Both the position numbers and the translations under genes were made by a program. Under the pieces are notes generated by a model. It saw only the letters and a program-made list of their open reading frames with translations, did not search any database and was not told the origin of the DNA. A DNA stretch of 64,000 nt from positions 192,001 through 256,000 of the forward strand of contig CAWJCS010000005.1 of the NCBI GenBank assembly GCA_963841435.1, written 5' to 3'. Position 1 is the stretch's first letter; each line of letters starts with the position of its first letter. Below are positions 1 through 13,263 of the stretch, piece after piece. This DNA comes from an uncultured delta proteobacterium. GTDB lineage: Bacteria > Myxococcota_A > Polyangia > Polyangiales > Polyangiaceae.

Positions 1-316
1 CATCGCAGCAAAATGGCTGGTTGCCGGTGCACTTCGTGTCGTGCGCACAGACGCCTTCCGTGCTGCAGCTGTCGATCGTGCAGGGGTTTTGGTCGTCGCA
101 GTCAGCCGTGCCCGTGCAGAGCGTGGTGCCGCCACCCGCCGTGCCGCCCGTGCCGGCACCCACGGTACCGCTGTCGCCGCCCTCGCTCGGCGCGGTGCCG
201 CCCGTGCCGCCCGTGGGCCCTCCCGCCGTGAACTCCGGTGAGCCGCACGAAAGTGCGAAGGCTGCGGCCACGAGCGACCCTCCGAGCAGTCGCAACCAGA
301 AGGCGCGCAAAAGCAT
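1..316 (-). CDS. Lipoprotein with Gly-rich linker and Cys-rich (Dictyostelium CTDC-like) repeat; partial, runs off the window edge
   Basis: Hand translation from ATG at 316: MLLRAFWLRLLGGSLVAAAFALSCGSPEF...GGTGGTA...CTGTADCDDQNPCTIDSCSTEGVC. It has a lipobox-like ALSC and a CDDxNPCTxDxC motif. Not in the ORF track because it is truncated. Confidence 0.7.
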   Translation of the reverse strand, partial: MLLRAFWLRLLGGSLVAAAFALSCGSPEFTAGGPTGGTGGTAPSEGGDSGTVGAGTGGTAGGGTTLCTGTADCDDQNPCTIDSCSTEGVCAHDTKCTGNQPFCCD

Positions 317-320
317 GCCT

Positions 321-1244
321 TCAAAGATAGCCCGTTCGCTCCTCGGCAGCCACCCGCGTGCGCGCACGGGCTTGCATCGAATCCCAAAACACGCGCACTA
401 CGGCGACTTTCATCTTCCGACGCTCGGTGCAGACCCCAACCGAGAGGTCGCCGAGCTCGTCGTCGACGGAAAGCTCTCTGACGACGGCCCTGAGCGGGCT
501 CTTGTCGATGACGACCTTCGGCACGACACCGACGCCGCAGCCGAGACTCACGAGCGACAGGATCGCCTCGTTGCCCGGCACCTCGCCGTAAACCACGGGC
601 TTGATACGCCGCTTCTTGAGGAAGCGCTCGGCCGCGCTACGCCCTTGCCCGGTCTCCGGCAAAACGAGCGGCAAGCGCTGCCAGGGCACGGGACGCTCTG
701 CCGCGAGGCGGGTCACCTCCGAGTCGACGTTCGGCGCGACGAACACCAGAGGCGTGACGAGCAGCACGCGCGCGACCAGCCCGGGCGGCGTTTTCGCGGG
801 CAACGCCGCGACCGCGACGTCAACGGCACCCCGCGACAACATGCCGAGCGCATCCGCGGCGTAGCCGGTCTCCAGCCGGATGTGGATGTCGGGGTGGCGG
901 CTTCTGAAGTTGCCGAGCACCGCCGGCAAAAAGCTCTGACACGCCGTCACCGATGCGAACACGCTGATCGTCCCCGAGAGGCGCTCCTCGGCGCCGGAGG
1001 CGCGCTGCTTGAGCGCCTCGAAGCGCGAGAGGGTTTCCACCGCGTAGGCCTCGAGCAGCGCACCGGCGGGAGCGAGCTCGACGCTGCGGCGATCGCGCGT
1101 GAACAGCGGCTTTCCCACCTCGGCTTCGAGGCGATGGATAGTGCGCGACAGCGCCGAGGGGCTCACGTGGCATTCCCGGCTCGTGCGCCCGAAGTGGAGC
1201 GTGCCGCAGAGGTGCAAAAACAGCGAAAGCTCGTGCTGATCCAT
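321..1244 (-). CDS. ilvY: LysR-family activator IlvY
   Basis: LysR HTH (LHFGRTSRECHVSPSALSRTIHRLE), ASVTACQSFLP, GNEAILSLVSLGCGVGVVP; divergent from ilvC. Confidence 0.88.
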   Translation of the reverse strand: MDQHELSLFLHLCGTLHFGRTSRECHVSPSALSRTIHRLEAEVGKPLFTRDRRSVELAPAGALLEAYAVETLSRFEALKQRASGAEERLSGTISVFASVTACQSFLPAVLGNFRSRHPDIHIRLETGYAADALGMLSRGAVDVAVAALPAKTPPGLVARVLLVTPLVFVAPNVDSEVTRLAAERPVPWQRLPLVLPETGQGRSAAERFLKKRRIKPVVYGEVPGNEAILSLVSLGCGVGVVPKVVIDKSPLRAVVRELSVDDELGDLSVGVCTERRKMKVAVVRVFWDSMQARARTRVAAEERTGYL

Positions 1245-1251
1245 GGAAGGC

Positions 1252-4569
<3,318 letters not shown>

Positions 4570-4719
4570 GGCGGGCCGGAGTCTACCCCGACCTCATGGC
4601 CCCGCGCTGCGCGACGATCTTCCAGTAGGAGGAAAGCTCGTTCGATGGGTTGACGCGTGGACCCCCGAGTCGCGGCCGCCCCACGGACGCTGAACTTCAG
4701 ACCGGGCAGCTCGAAGAGC

Positions 4720-5542
4720 TCAAGACGTAAACCAGAAAAAGCTCGTGTAGTCGGGAGTGCCGGCGCTAAATTCGAAGTAGTAACCGCCGTCCATCTTCGC
4801 TGGTAAGGCACCGCCGCACATCGACGCCATGCCGTTGACCTTCACGGTGCGCGTGCCGATGTTCGAGCAAGCCCAGGTGTTGAACATCTCGTCGACGAAG
4901 TAGCAGACGGCGTTCGGCGTGTTGAAATTGCCGGAATTTCCGGTGGAGCTCGGCGTGCGCGGCATGTCACACGCGGCGCCGAGCGTGCCGCCACCCGTCG
5001 AGCCGCCCTTCCCCGCGCCGCCGCTCATACCGCCCGCCGCCCGGCCGCCGCTGCCGCTCATGCCGCCGGCTGCCTTGCCGCCGTTACCACCGCTCGAATC
5101 TGCCGCCCATGCCGGCCGCGCCGCCGTTGCCTCCACTCGTCATGCCGGCGGAGCCTCCGAAGGCGGTGCTGCCACCGCTACTCTTGCCCGCCCCACCGGA
5201 GCCCGAGCTTCCACCCTTGCCGCCCGCACCCGACCCGGCCGCACTGCCCGCCTCACCGCCGGTACCCGCGGTACCGCCGTTGCCGACACTTGCGCCACTC
5301 GCGCCACCGTTGCCCGCGGCGAGCGCACCCCCCGTACCGCTCACCGCTCCCGAGCTCCCGCCGAGCGAGCCGGCACTGCCGCCAAGCGCGAGCGCGCCGC
5401 CGCTCCCGCTGGTACCGGTCCCACCTCCGACGTTGCCGGGCTCCTCGGGCGGCGGCAACGTGTCCTCCACGGCCGTCGCGCACGCCACGGCCGAGAGCAG
5501 ACCGAGGCCAACGCCGAAGCGATGGTGAAGCGTTCGACGCAT
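4720..5542 (-). CDS. Gly-rich lipoprotein with a C-terminal Cys-containing domain; frameshift near 5100
   Basis: MRRTLHHRFGVGLGLLSAVAC lipobox and a G/S/A linker, continuing in ORF 4720-5136 (…LPAKMDGGYYFEFSAGTPDYTSFFWFTS). Confidence 0.7.
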
Positions 5543-5799
5543 CGGTAGGAGCGTAGCGCGAAGTCTGGGCGGCGCTGACCCCGAATTGGGATAATTCCCG
5601 CCGGTTCGTACACGCCCGCTGATATTTCGAAGCACGGGTACCTTGCCCGTGGTCGAGCGGCCCCGTGGGTGCCCGGAGGCACGGCCGTCGGCCGCCGCGC
5701 CGGGCGGTGAAGAATCACACCGTGCGCGAATCGCCGACGCGCGCTCCGGGCGGTGCGCTCGTACCGTGCGCGCATTGCCGACGCGCGCTCCGAGCGGCG

Positions 5800-6675
5800 T
5801 CAGAAGGTGTTGAACGAGGCGTAATCGGGCTGGCCCGCGCTCGCCTGGAAGCAGTAGCCGCCGTTGTGCTTCGCAGGAGGGGTCTGATTCTGGTAGTTGC
5901 ACGTCGCCATGGCGCCGTTGACCTCGAACGTGCGACTCATCATGTTGCCGCAGTTGTAACCAGCGATGGTCACGGTCGTCTCGTGGCACGTCGCGCTCGT
6001 GCCGAGGCTGCCCGGAGTGTAGCTCTGCATGGTGAACACCACCGGGTTGTCGCAGAGCCCGCCGCACGGTCCGCCGCCGCTCGACGTACCGGCGCTGCCG
6101 CTCGTGCCGCTGCTACCGGCGCTGCCGCTCGTCCCCGCGCTGCCACTCGCGCCGCTCGATCCCCCCTTGCCGGCGCTGCCGGAAGCACCGCTCGCACCCG
6201 ACGCGCCGCCGGAGCCTGCGCTGCCTCCCATCATGCCGGCGCTGCCGCCGAACGCCGTTGAACCGCCGCTGCCGCCACCGGCACCGCTCGTTCCCGAGCT
6301 ACCACCGGCACCCGATCCCGATCCGCCCTTGCCGCCGCCACCGGAGCTGCCACCAGCGCCCGCGCTACCGCCCGCGCCGCTCGTGCCGCCTGCACCGCTC
6401 GCGCTGCCGCCGCTGCCACCCGTGGTGCCACCGGTTCCGCTGGTGCCGCCTGCACCGCTCGCGCTGCCACCGCTCCCGCCGCTGCCCCCGGCACCGCCGA
6501 GCCCGCTGCCACCCGTACCGCTCGTGCCCGCGGTGCCCGCATCTGGAACCGCTCCCGTACCGACGGCGTCGTACGTCTCGGCAGGGTTGACGTCTTCCGC
6601 CGTGGCCGTCGCGCACGCGAGAGCCGACCACAGGAGTGCGAGCGCGCCGTATTGATTGCGAGTGAGCTGACTCAT
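5800..6675 (-). CDS. Gly-rich lipoprotein, paralog of the neighbouring gene
   Basis: SALAC-ATATAED N-terminus, about 160-aa G/S/T linker, C-terminal domain …PPAKHNGGYCFQASAGQPDYASFNTF. Confidence 0.8.
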   Translation of the reverse strand: MSQLTRNQYGALALLWSALACATATAEDVNPAETYDAVGTGAVPDAGTAGTSGTGGSGLGGAGGSGGSGGSASGAGGTSGTGGTTGGSGGSASGAGGTSGAGGSAGAGGSSGGGGKGGSGSGAGGSSGTSGAGGGSGGSTAFGGSAGMMGGSAGSGGASGASGASGSAGKGGSSGASGSAGTSGSAGSSGTSGSAGTSSGGGPCGGLCDNPVVFTMQSYTPGSLGTSATCHETTVTIAGYNCGNMMSRTFEVNGAMATCNYQNQTPPAKHNGGYCFQASAGQPDYASFNTF

Positions 6676-6858
6676 GAAAAAGATGGCTCCCGACTCTCAA
6701 GCGTAGGCCCTGTCCGGCAGCTGGGCAAACACCGCTTCGAAGGATCTTTCGACGCTTCGACGTTTCGTCTCGATGCGTCGTCGGCGCGACGTACCTTTGA
6801 CCACATTTCGTCATCGGGAACAGCGAGGTGCTGCACGCTGTCGTCTCGTGCGGTGACC

Positions 6859-7794
6859 ATGTCGGTTCTCAAACTCACGCTGGCCGTCTCCCTCGCGTTG
6901 CACGCGGCGCTCGGCGTGTGGGTGGAAGTGCGAGCCGTTCGCGCCCCCCCGCCGTCGCCGGAGACGGCACGCGACGCGTGGCGCGGCGGCGGCATCGAGG
7001 TCGACGCCGTCGCGACGCTGCCGAAGCCGGCGGGAGTCGACCCCACGCCGGCGGCCGTGCTCGGCGCGGCACCCACGCGCGCGGTCGGCGCCGTGGCGAG
7101 GCCCCGCGTTCCCAGCGGCACGGTCCGCGCGAAAGCGGTCGAGCGGGCGGGAACCCGTGGAGCCGTCGAGCCGACGCCGGCTCGGCCCGGCGTGGAACCC
7201 GGCCGGGATTCGGGAGCCGTTTCGACGCCCGGCGAGCGTGAAAGCGGGGGTGATGCGCTCGCCCGCGCGGCGGGAAGCGCGGCCTCGTTCGGCGCCGTCG
7301 GGTTGCCGGCCGGCGTCCGCCATCTGCCGACTGCCTTCGCCCGTGCGATCGCGCTCGCGAACCGCGGCGATGCGCGCTTTACGAGCCTGCCCGTGGGCGT
7401 CGTCGGCGAAGCAAGTGTCACGCTCGGTGTGAGCGAGGACGGCGAGCTCGGCGAGCTCGACCTCGGCGACGACGAGGCCGAGCGGCGCGTTGCGCCCGTG
7501 CTGAAGAAGCTACTCGACAACACCCGCCTCATGCTCGCCCACGGGCGCTACTCGGTGGACCGCACGCGCCTTACGCCGGGCGTGATGCGCGTCAGCGTGC
7601 GGCTCGTCATCGAGGAAGAGGATCGGAGCGCCGCCCCCGACCGTGACCCCGGGGAGCTGTTCGCCATCGACTTCGAGGCGCCCCGCCCGGGTAAGCCGGG
7701 GCACGGCGCGTTCCGCTTGAACTCGGGCCGGCGCGTCGTCGCCTGGGTTGCCCTCGAAGCGTCGCGTGGCGCGGGGCTTCCCGTTCCACTATGA
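6859..7794 (+). CDS. Hypothetical membrane-anchored Pro/Ala-rich protein (TonB/TolA-like N-anchor)
   Basis: N-terminal TM with SLALH motif, low-complexity linker, globular C-terminus. Confidence 0.5.
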   Translation: MSVLKLTLAVSLALHAALGVWVEVRAVRAPPPSPETARDAWRGGGIEVDAVATLPKPAGVDPTPAAVLGAAPTRAVGAVARPRVPSGTVRAKAVERAGTRGAVEPTPARPGVEPGRDSGAVSTPGERESGGDALARAAGSAASFGAVGLPAGVRHLPTAFARAIALANRGDARFTSLPVGVVGEASVTLGVSEDGELGELDLGDDEAERRVAPVLKKLLDNTRLMLAHGRYSVDRTRLTPGVMRVSVRLVIEEEDRSAAPDRDPGELFAIDFEAPRPGKPGHGAFRLNSGRRVVAWVALEASRGAGLPVPL

Positions 7795-7801
7795 TCGGGG
7801 G

Positions 7802-8725
7802 GTGGAAGGCTTCGACGACGCGGACGTGCGCACCCTCGCCGAGCGAGTCGCCAAGAGCGTGTGCGACCTGGATTTGCCAGCGGGAGAAGCCCTGCTCGTG
7901 TTGCCGAACGCGGAGTTCTTCCCCGATCGCTTCACGGGCGACGCGGCGAGCCTCGAGCGGCTCGCCGCGCGCATGCAGGGTTACGCCGGGCTCGAAGCGG
8001 TGACGGTCAACACGGTCCTCGCGGGCGAGCCCGCGATGGAGGAGGGCGCGGCGTGCGGGAGCGGCGGCTGCGGCTCGTGCGCGCCCGCCGGGGTCGATCA
8101 AGGGGGGCCCCGTCTCACGCGGACCGAGACCGGCTATCGCATCACCGTGCCGACCGCCGAGCTCGGCCATCCCATCGTCCTCTCGTCGCGACTCGCGACG
8201 GCGTTCGGCGCCGTGGCGCTCTTCGAAGCGGCGAGCGACGCCGAGGGTGCGGCGATCGCCACGGCAGACGCCGAGTGTGCCGCGACGGCTCTCGGTTTCG
8301 GCGTGCTCTTGCTCGAAGCCTCGTACCTCTACGCCAAGAGCTGCGGCGGGCCGCGTGTCGACCGCGCGACAGCGCTCGGCTGCGACGAGCTCGCGCTGCT
8401 CTTTGCTCTCTGCGTCGCGCGCGACGCCCAGCCGCGGAAGGCCGCCCTGGCTGAGCTCGGGACGACGCAGCGCGCGCTCGTCCGCACTGCGGTGAGCGTC
8501 GTCGATCAGAGCCCCGAGCTCGTGCGACTGCTCCGCGAGGACCCAGCGCGGGTCGCGCGGGGTCAGTTCCGCCTCGGCGAGGGTGGTTCGTGGCTCGGGC
8601 GCTTGCTGCGCCGCCCCGCCGCTCGACCGACCGCAGATGCCCGCCTCGAAGATGCGCTCGGCGCACTCGAGCGTGGCGCGAGCGTCGACGAGGTCGCCGC
8701 GCTGCTCGAGATCGACGGGCGCTGA
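7802..8725 (+). CDS. Hypothetical protein with CGSGGCGSC motif
   Basis: Long ORF with GC3-biased codons directly after the previous gene; start uncertain. Confidence 0.6.
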   Translation: MEGFDDADVRTLAERVAKSVCDLDLPAGEALLVLPNAEFFPDRFTGDAASLERLAARMQGYAGLEAVTVNTVLAGEPAMEEGAACGSGGCGSCAPAGVDQGGPRLTRTETGYRITVPTAELGHPIVLSSRLATAFGAVALFEAASDAEGAAIATADAECAATALGFGVLLLEASYLYAKSCGGPRVDRATALGCDELALLFALCVARDAQPRKAALAELGTTQRALVRTAVSVVDQSPELVRLLREDPARVARGQFRLGEGGSWLGRLLRRPAARPTADARLEDALGALERGASVDEVAALLEIDGR

Positions 8726-8740
8726 GCTTCACCACGCACC

Positions 8741-8769
8741 GGCACCGCCCTTCGCCGCGGGGCGGTGCG
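8741..8769. terminator. Stem-loop between convergent genes
   Basis: GCACCGCCC-ttcgccgcg-GGGCGGTGC. Confidence 0.4.
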
Positions 8770-8777
8770 GCGAGCGG

Positions 8778-9726
8778 TCAGAGCAGCGCGACGTTGGGGT
8801 CGCCACTCACGAGCAGCCCCTCGAACGCATCGTCCGGCGCCGCCTGACCCTCCTCGAGCACACGCACGAAGAACAGACCGCGTTCGGTGAGGCTCTTGGT
8901 GACGGCGACGCGCGCAGCCTGTCGCGCACGACGCCCGGCACCGCCCACGGCGACGGCGCCCGCGCCTTCGGCGGCGCCGGGACGCGCCGCAGCGGTCGGT
9001 GGAGCACCGAGCAGACTGGGCGTCACCGCTTTCGGCGCCATCCGCACGGGGGGCGAGCCAGAGGGTGCTTGGGCACCATTCGGCACCGAGGCGCGAGCAA
9101 CGAGTCTCGATGGCGAGCCGTTTGGCGGCGGCCGCGTCGGCGGCTGGCTCCTCGGGGAAGCGGGCGGGTGCGAGACCGGGCCGGGCGCGGCGCTCTTCGG
9201 CTTCGGCGGCTCGGTCTTGGCGAGCACGACGCGCGTCGTGGGCACGCCGCTGCTCTTCGCAGGCTCCGGCTTGGCGACGAGAATCCGCCTTCGCCGGGGC
9301 GGTCGGCGGTGCCGGGACGTCGCTCCCGGCGGCCGACGACCGGGCACGCGCGCTCGGTGGCGGCGGCCGCATGCTCGACACCACCGCCCGCGATTCGAGC
9401 AGGAACGGCGCCGCGTCTTCGTCTTCCTCTTCGGCGTCGCCCAGCGACGCCGCGGCGCTGCTCGGCGGCGGAGTCGGCAGGCGCTGGTCGGCGCCACCCT
9501 CGACGCGGCTCTTCAGCGAGGCCGCCGTTCGAGCGAGCGAAAGCGTGCGTCGATCGTCGCCGGTCTCACCGGCGGACTCGGCGGCGCGCTGCAACCAGCG
9601 CAGCGCTTCGGAAGCGTCGCCCTTGGCGCCGAACACGGCGGCGGTCTCCAGCGAGGCCACGACGGCATCGGAGTCGCCCGGCTCCGGCCCTGGAATGTCG
9701 AGGATCGAGTCCATCGCCGCCATCAT
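8778..9726 (-). CDS. Hypothetical Pro-rich protein; frameshift near 9290
   Basis: N-part (LETAAVFGAKGDASEALRWLQRAAESA) in ORF 8563-9897; C-part (RQAARVAVTKSLTERGLFFVRVL) in ORF 8778-9497. Confidence 0.55.
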
Positions 9727-10006
9727 GAGTTTTAGTGACGCCGGCGACGCGGGAGCAGTCACCTCAGCCGGGCCAACTTCGTATCCAGCGAAATTAGCAG
9801 GACATTTGTACGACGAAAGCGTGTCGGAAAGGGCCCAGCGGGTGAACGCCACGGCGAGGCCTCTTGCCCCCGGGCGCCGAAACCGGCCAGGCGTCACGCG
9901 GTGAGCTCACGAGTGCCACGAGACCCGAACGAACGCGCCGTACGGTTGGCGCCGCTCGCGGCACGTCCTCGGCGCTGCCGTCGGGTCTTGCTCGAAGGAG
10001 GTCCCA

Positions 10007-11061
10007 ATGGCGATGACGCTCGGTCAACGCGACTTTATCGGTGGGGTGCGGCGCTGCTCGCAGGATGCGACGAGGTGCCCCGCTCGGACGCCCACATCGC
10101 AGGCGCAGGCGCGACGTTCCCGGCGCCGCTCTACGAGCGCTGGGCGCTCGAATACGGACGGGAAACCGGGGTCAGTGTTGCGTACCGCGCGTCGGGCTCG
10201 TCCGACGGCATCCTCGCGATCACGACGGACCGCACCGACTTTGCCGGCACGGACGCGCCGATGACGGACGACCAGCTCGACCAGGCCGGCGACGTGCTGC
10301 ACGTGCCGATGACGCTCGGAGCCGTCGCGATCGCCTACAACGTCCCTGACGTCCCGAACGAGCTCAAGCTCGACGGCCCGACGCTCTCCGGTATCTTCCA
10401 GGGTGACGTTCGGCGCTGGAACGATCCGGCCATCCGGGCTCTCAACCCCGACGTGAAGCTGCCCGATCACGCGATCGTGCTCGTGACGCGCGCCGACGGC
10501 AGCGGAACGACCAAGGTCTTCACGGAGTTTCTGGCCGCGGCGAGCCCGAGCTGGAAAGAAAAGGTTGGGACCTCGCCGCTCGTCCGCTGGCCGAGCGGCT
10601 ACGCCGTGCAGCACAACGACGGCGTCGCCGACACCATCCGCAGGAAGCGGGGCGCAATTGGCTACCTCCAGTCCTCGTTCGCCATGTCGCGACGCCTCGA
10701 CGTCGCGCTCATCAAGAACGCCGCGGGCGAATTTTGTGCTCCGAGCGTCGAAGGCGCCAGGGCGGCCGCCGCCGGCGCCGCCCCGCGCATGCCCGGCGAT
10801 CTCCGGCTGTCGATCGTCAACGCCGACGGCAAGGACGCGTACCCCATCAGCGGATTTAGCTATCTCTTGATCCGCAAGGAGGCGCCCGAGCCGAAACAGT
10901 CGACAGAAGCGGTGCGTTTCGCGTGGTGGGGCCTTCACGACGGCCAGAAATACGGACCGGCGCTCGGCTACGCCGAGCTCCCGCCCGCCATCGTCCAGAA
11001 ATCGGAAGCGAAGCTCAAAGAGGTCCAGTTCCGCGGCAAGCAACTGTTCGCGGGATCCTGA
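10007..11061 (+). CDS. pstS: Phosphate ABC transporter substrate-binding protein; frameshift near 10045 in the signal peptide
   Basis: GAGATFPAPLYERW, GSSDGI, DFAGTDAPM, RADGSGTT, AYPISGFSYLL; lipobox LAGC. Confidence 0.9.
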
Positions 11062-11235
11062 CGGGCGACGACCGGGCTTGCCGACGCCGGTTCGGTCGCG
11101 CAACCGCCCCGACTTTCACGAGCGAGAAACGCACGCGGCGAGGCCGGCACCGGCGTCGACCAAGCGTTGTCCAAAGTTCACCCAGCTCGGTGGGAGGGTT
11201 CGGTACGAAGGGGCCCGTTCACAGGAGGCCTTCGC

Positions 11236-13083
11236 ATGGCATCGACCCGCTATCATTCGCACCAACTGCTCGTCCCGATCGCGCTCGCGGCGCTCGCCGC
11301 CGGCTGCGGCACCTCCCGCGGCGCCGGCCCGTCGGAGGAAACGGCGTCGGAGGCGCTCGCCATCGCCACGCCGACGTTCGCAGCCGAGGACTGCGTGGGT
11401 CACGACGACGAGGACGATTCGGCCACGCTTCGCGAGTTTGCTCGGAGGCCCGTGAGCTTCCACGGCAAGCGACGCCCCGAGGGCCGTCAGGTGCCCGTAA
11501 AGATCTTGGGCATCAACGACTTTCACGGACAGCTCTCGCCGAAGACCGTTTCGGGGCGCCCGGCCGGCGGCGCGGCCGTGCTGGCCTCGTACCTGAAGGC
11601 GGCCTCCGCGGACATCGAGGGGAGGACGGTCATCGTCCACGCGGGCGACCACGTCGGTGCGTCGCCGCCGAATTCGGCGCTCTTGCAGGACGAGCCGGCC
11701 ATCGAATTTTTGAACTCGCTCACGCGGCACTGCACCGGCCGCCGCAGGCCGAACCCCGACTGCAACGTGATCGGGACGCTCGGCAACCACGAGTTCGACG
11801 AGGGTAGGGACGAGCTGTTCCGGCTCATCGACGGCGGCAACCACGCATCCGGTCCGTTTCTCCAGGATCCCTGGAAGGGCGCCCGGTACGGCTACATTTC
11901 GTCGAACGTCGTCGACGCGAAGACCGGACGCACCATCCTGCCGCCGTACGCCGTGCGCCGCTTCCAGGGTGTCCCCGTGGGGTTCATCGGCGCCGTGCTC
12001 AAGGAGACGCCCACCATCGTGACGCCGACTGGCGTCGCTGGGCTCTCGTTCCTCGACGAAGCCGAGGCCATCAACGCGAACGTGAGGGCACTCCAGCGTC
12101 AGGGCGTGCATGCCATCGTGGTGCAAATCCACCAGGGCACGGGGCAAGCGAGCTACACGGGCCCGACCGATGCCGGTGCACCGCCCCCCACCGGGGCGCT
12201 CGCCACCATCATCGACGCTCTCGACGACGACGTCGACGTGATCGTCGCCGGCCACACGCATCAGTTCACGAACGCGCTCGTCCCGAATCGGAACGGCAAG
12301 GAAATGCTGGTGACGCAGGCGTTCTCGGCGAGCACGGCCTACGACGACATCGATCTCGTGCTCGACTCGAAGACGCGCGACATCGTGTCGATGACGGCCT
12401 CGATCGTCACGACCTGGGGCGACGACGGTCCGGGGTTGACGCCCGACCCGGCCATGACGGAGCTCGTGGCGCAGGCGGACGCCCTCGTCGCGCCGCTCGT
12501 GAGCCAGGTCATCGGTCAGGCAGCGACCGACATCACGCGCACGCAGTCGCCCGCCGGCGAGTCGGCGCTCGGCGACCTCATCGCCGAGGCCCAGCGCGTT
12601 TCGATCGGCGCTGATTTCGCGGTCATGAACCCGGGCGGGATCCGCGCCGATCTGACCGCCGGCACCGTCACCTGGGGTCAGCTCTTCACGATCCAGCCCT
12701 TCGGCAACACGGTGGTCGGGCTCACGCTCACGGGCCAGCAGATCGTCGATCTCTTGAACCAGCAGTGGGGCGCGCCGCAGCCAGTGGGCGGTCGTCTGCT
12801 GCAGATCGCCGGCTTCGGCTACACCTGGGATTCGTCGGTGCCCGAGGGTGGTCAGCGCATCGTCGAGGTCCACGATGCGGGCGGCAACCCACTCAGCCTG
12901 ACGACCGCCTACCGTGTCGCCGCCAACAACTTCATCGCGGCGGGTGGCGACAACTTCACGGTGCTGAGAAGCGGCACGAACCAGGTCGGCGGCCCTGTCG
13001 ACCTCGACGCGTTCATCGCCTACGTCAGCGGCCTGACGCAGCCGTTCTCCGCCGCGATCGACGGGCGCATCACGATGAACTGA
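11236..13083 (+). CDS. Bifunctional metallophosphatase/5'-nucleotidase lipoprotein
   Basis: INDFHG, HAGDHVGASP, GNHEFD, AGHTH, NPGGIRADL, QPFGN, FIAAGGDNF; RBS GGAGG. Confidence 0.92.
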   Translation: MASTRYHSHQLLVPIALAALAAGCGTSRGAGPSEETASEALAIATPTFAAEDCVGHDDEDDSATLREFARRPVSFHGKRRPEGRQVPVKILGINDFHGQLSPKTVSGRPAGGAAVLASYLKAASADIEGRTVIVHAGDHVGASPPNSALLQDEPAIEFLNSLTRHCTGRRRPNPDCNVIGTLGNHEFDEGRDELFRLIDGGNHASGPFLQDPWKGARYGYISSNVVDAKTGRTILPPYAVRRFQGVPVGFIGAVLKETPTIVTPTGVAGLSFLDEAEAINANVRALQRQGVHAIVVQIHQGTGQASYTGPTDAGAPPPTGALATIIDALDDDVDVIVAGHTHQFTNALVPNRNGKEMLVTQAFSASTAYDDIDLVLDSKTRDIVSMTASIVTTWGDDGPGLTPDPAMTELVAQADALVAPLVSQVIGQAATDITRTQSPAGESALGDLIAEAQRVSIGADFAVMNPGGIRADLTAGTVTWGQLFTIQPFGNTVVGLTLTGQQIVDLLNQQWGAPQPVGGRLLQIAGFGYTWDSSVPEGGQRIVEVHDAGGNPLSLTTAYRVAANNFIAAGGDNFTVLRSGTNQVGGPVDLDAFIAYVSGLTQPFSAAIDGRITMN

Positions 13084-13097
13084 GCACGCCTCGGTGA

Positions 13098-13129
13098 GGC
13101 TCGGGGCGGCAACCGTGTCGCCCCGAGCC
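13098..13129 (+). terminator. Stem-loop after the 5'-nucleotidase
   Basis: GGCTCGGGGCGGCA-accg-TGTCGCCCCGAGCC, a 14-bp stem with one G-U pair. Confidence 0.55.
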
Positions 13130-13263
13130 ACCCAGCGTTCATCGTTCGGTCAAAATGCCACGACGCTCCGCCCGAAATGCGGTCGAGCGCTCCTAACGCT
13201 CGAGGCGCATCGAGAAACTTCCGGACGTTCCCTTCCAATTGGATGAGGAGCGTGCTTGTCTAA

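Noticed and set aside
9890-9925. Pho box upstream of pstS (GTCAC/CTCAC/GCCAC)
   Set aside because: Spacing is 13 and 9 nt rather than the 11-nt period.
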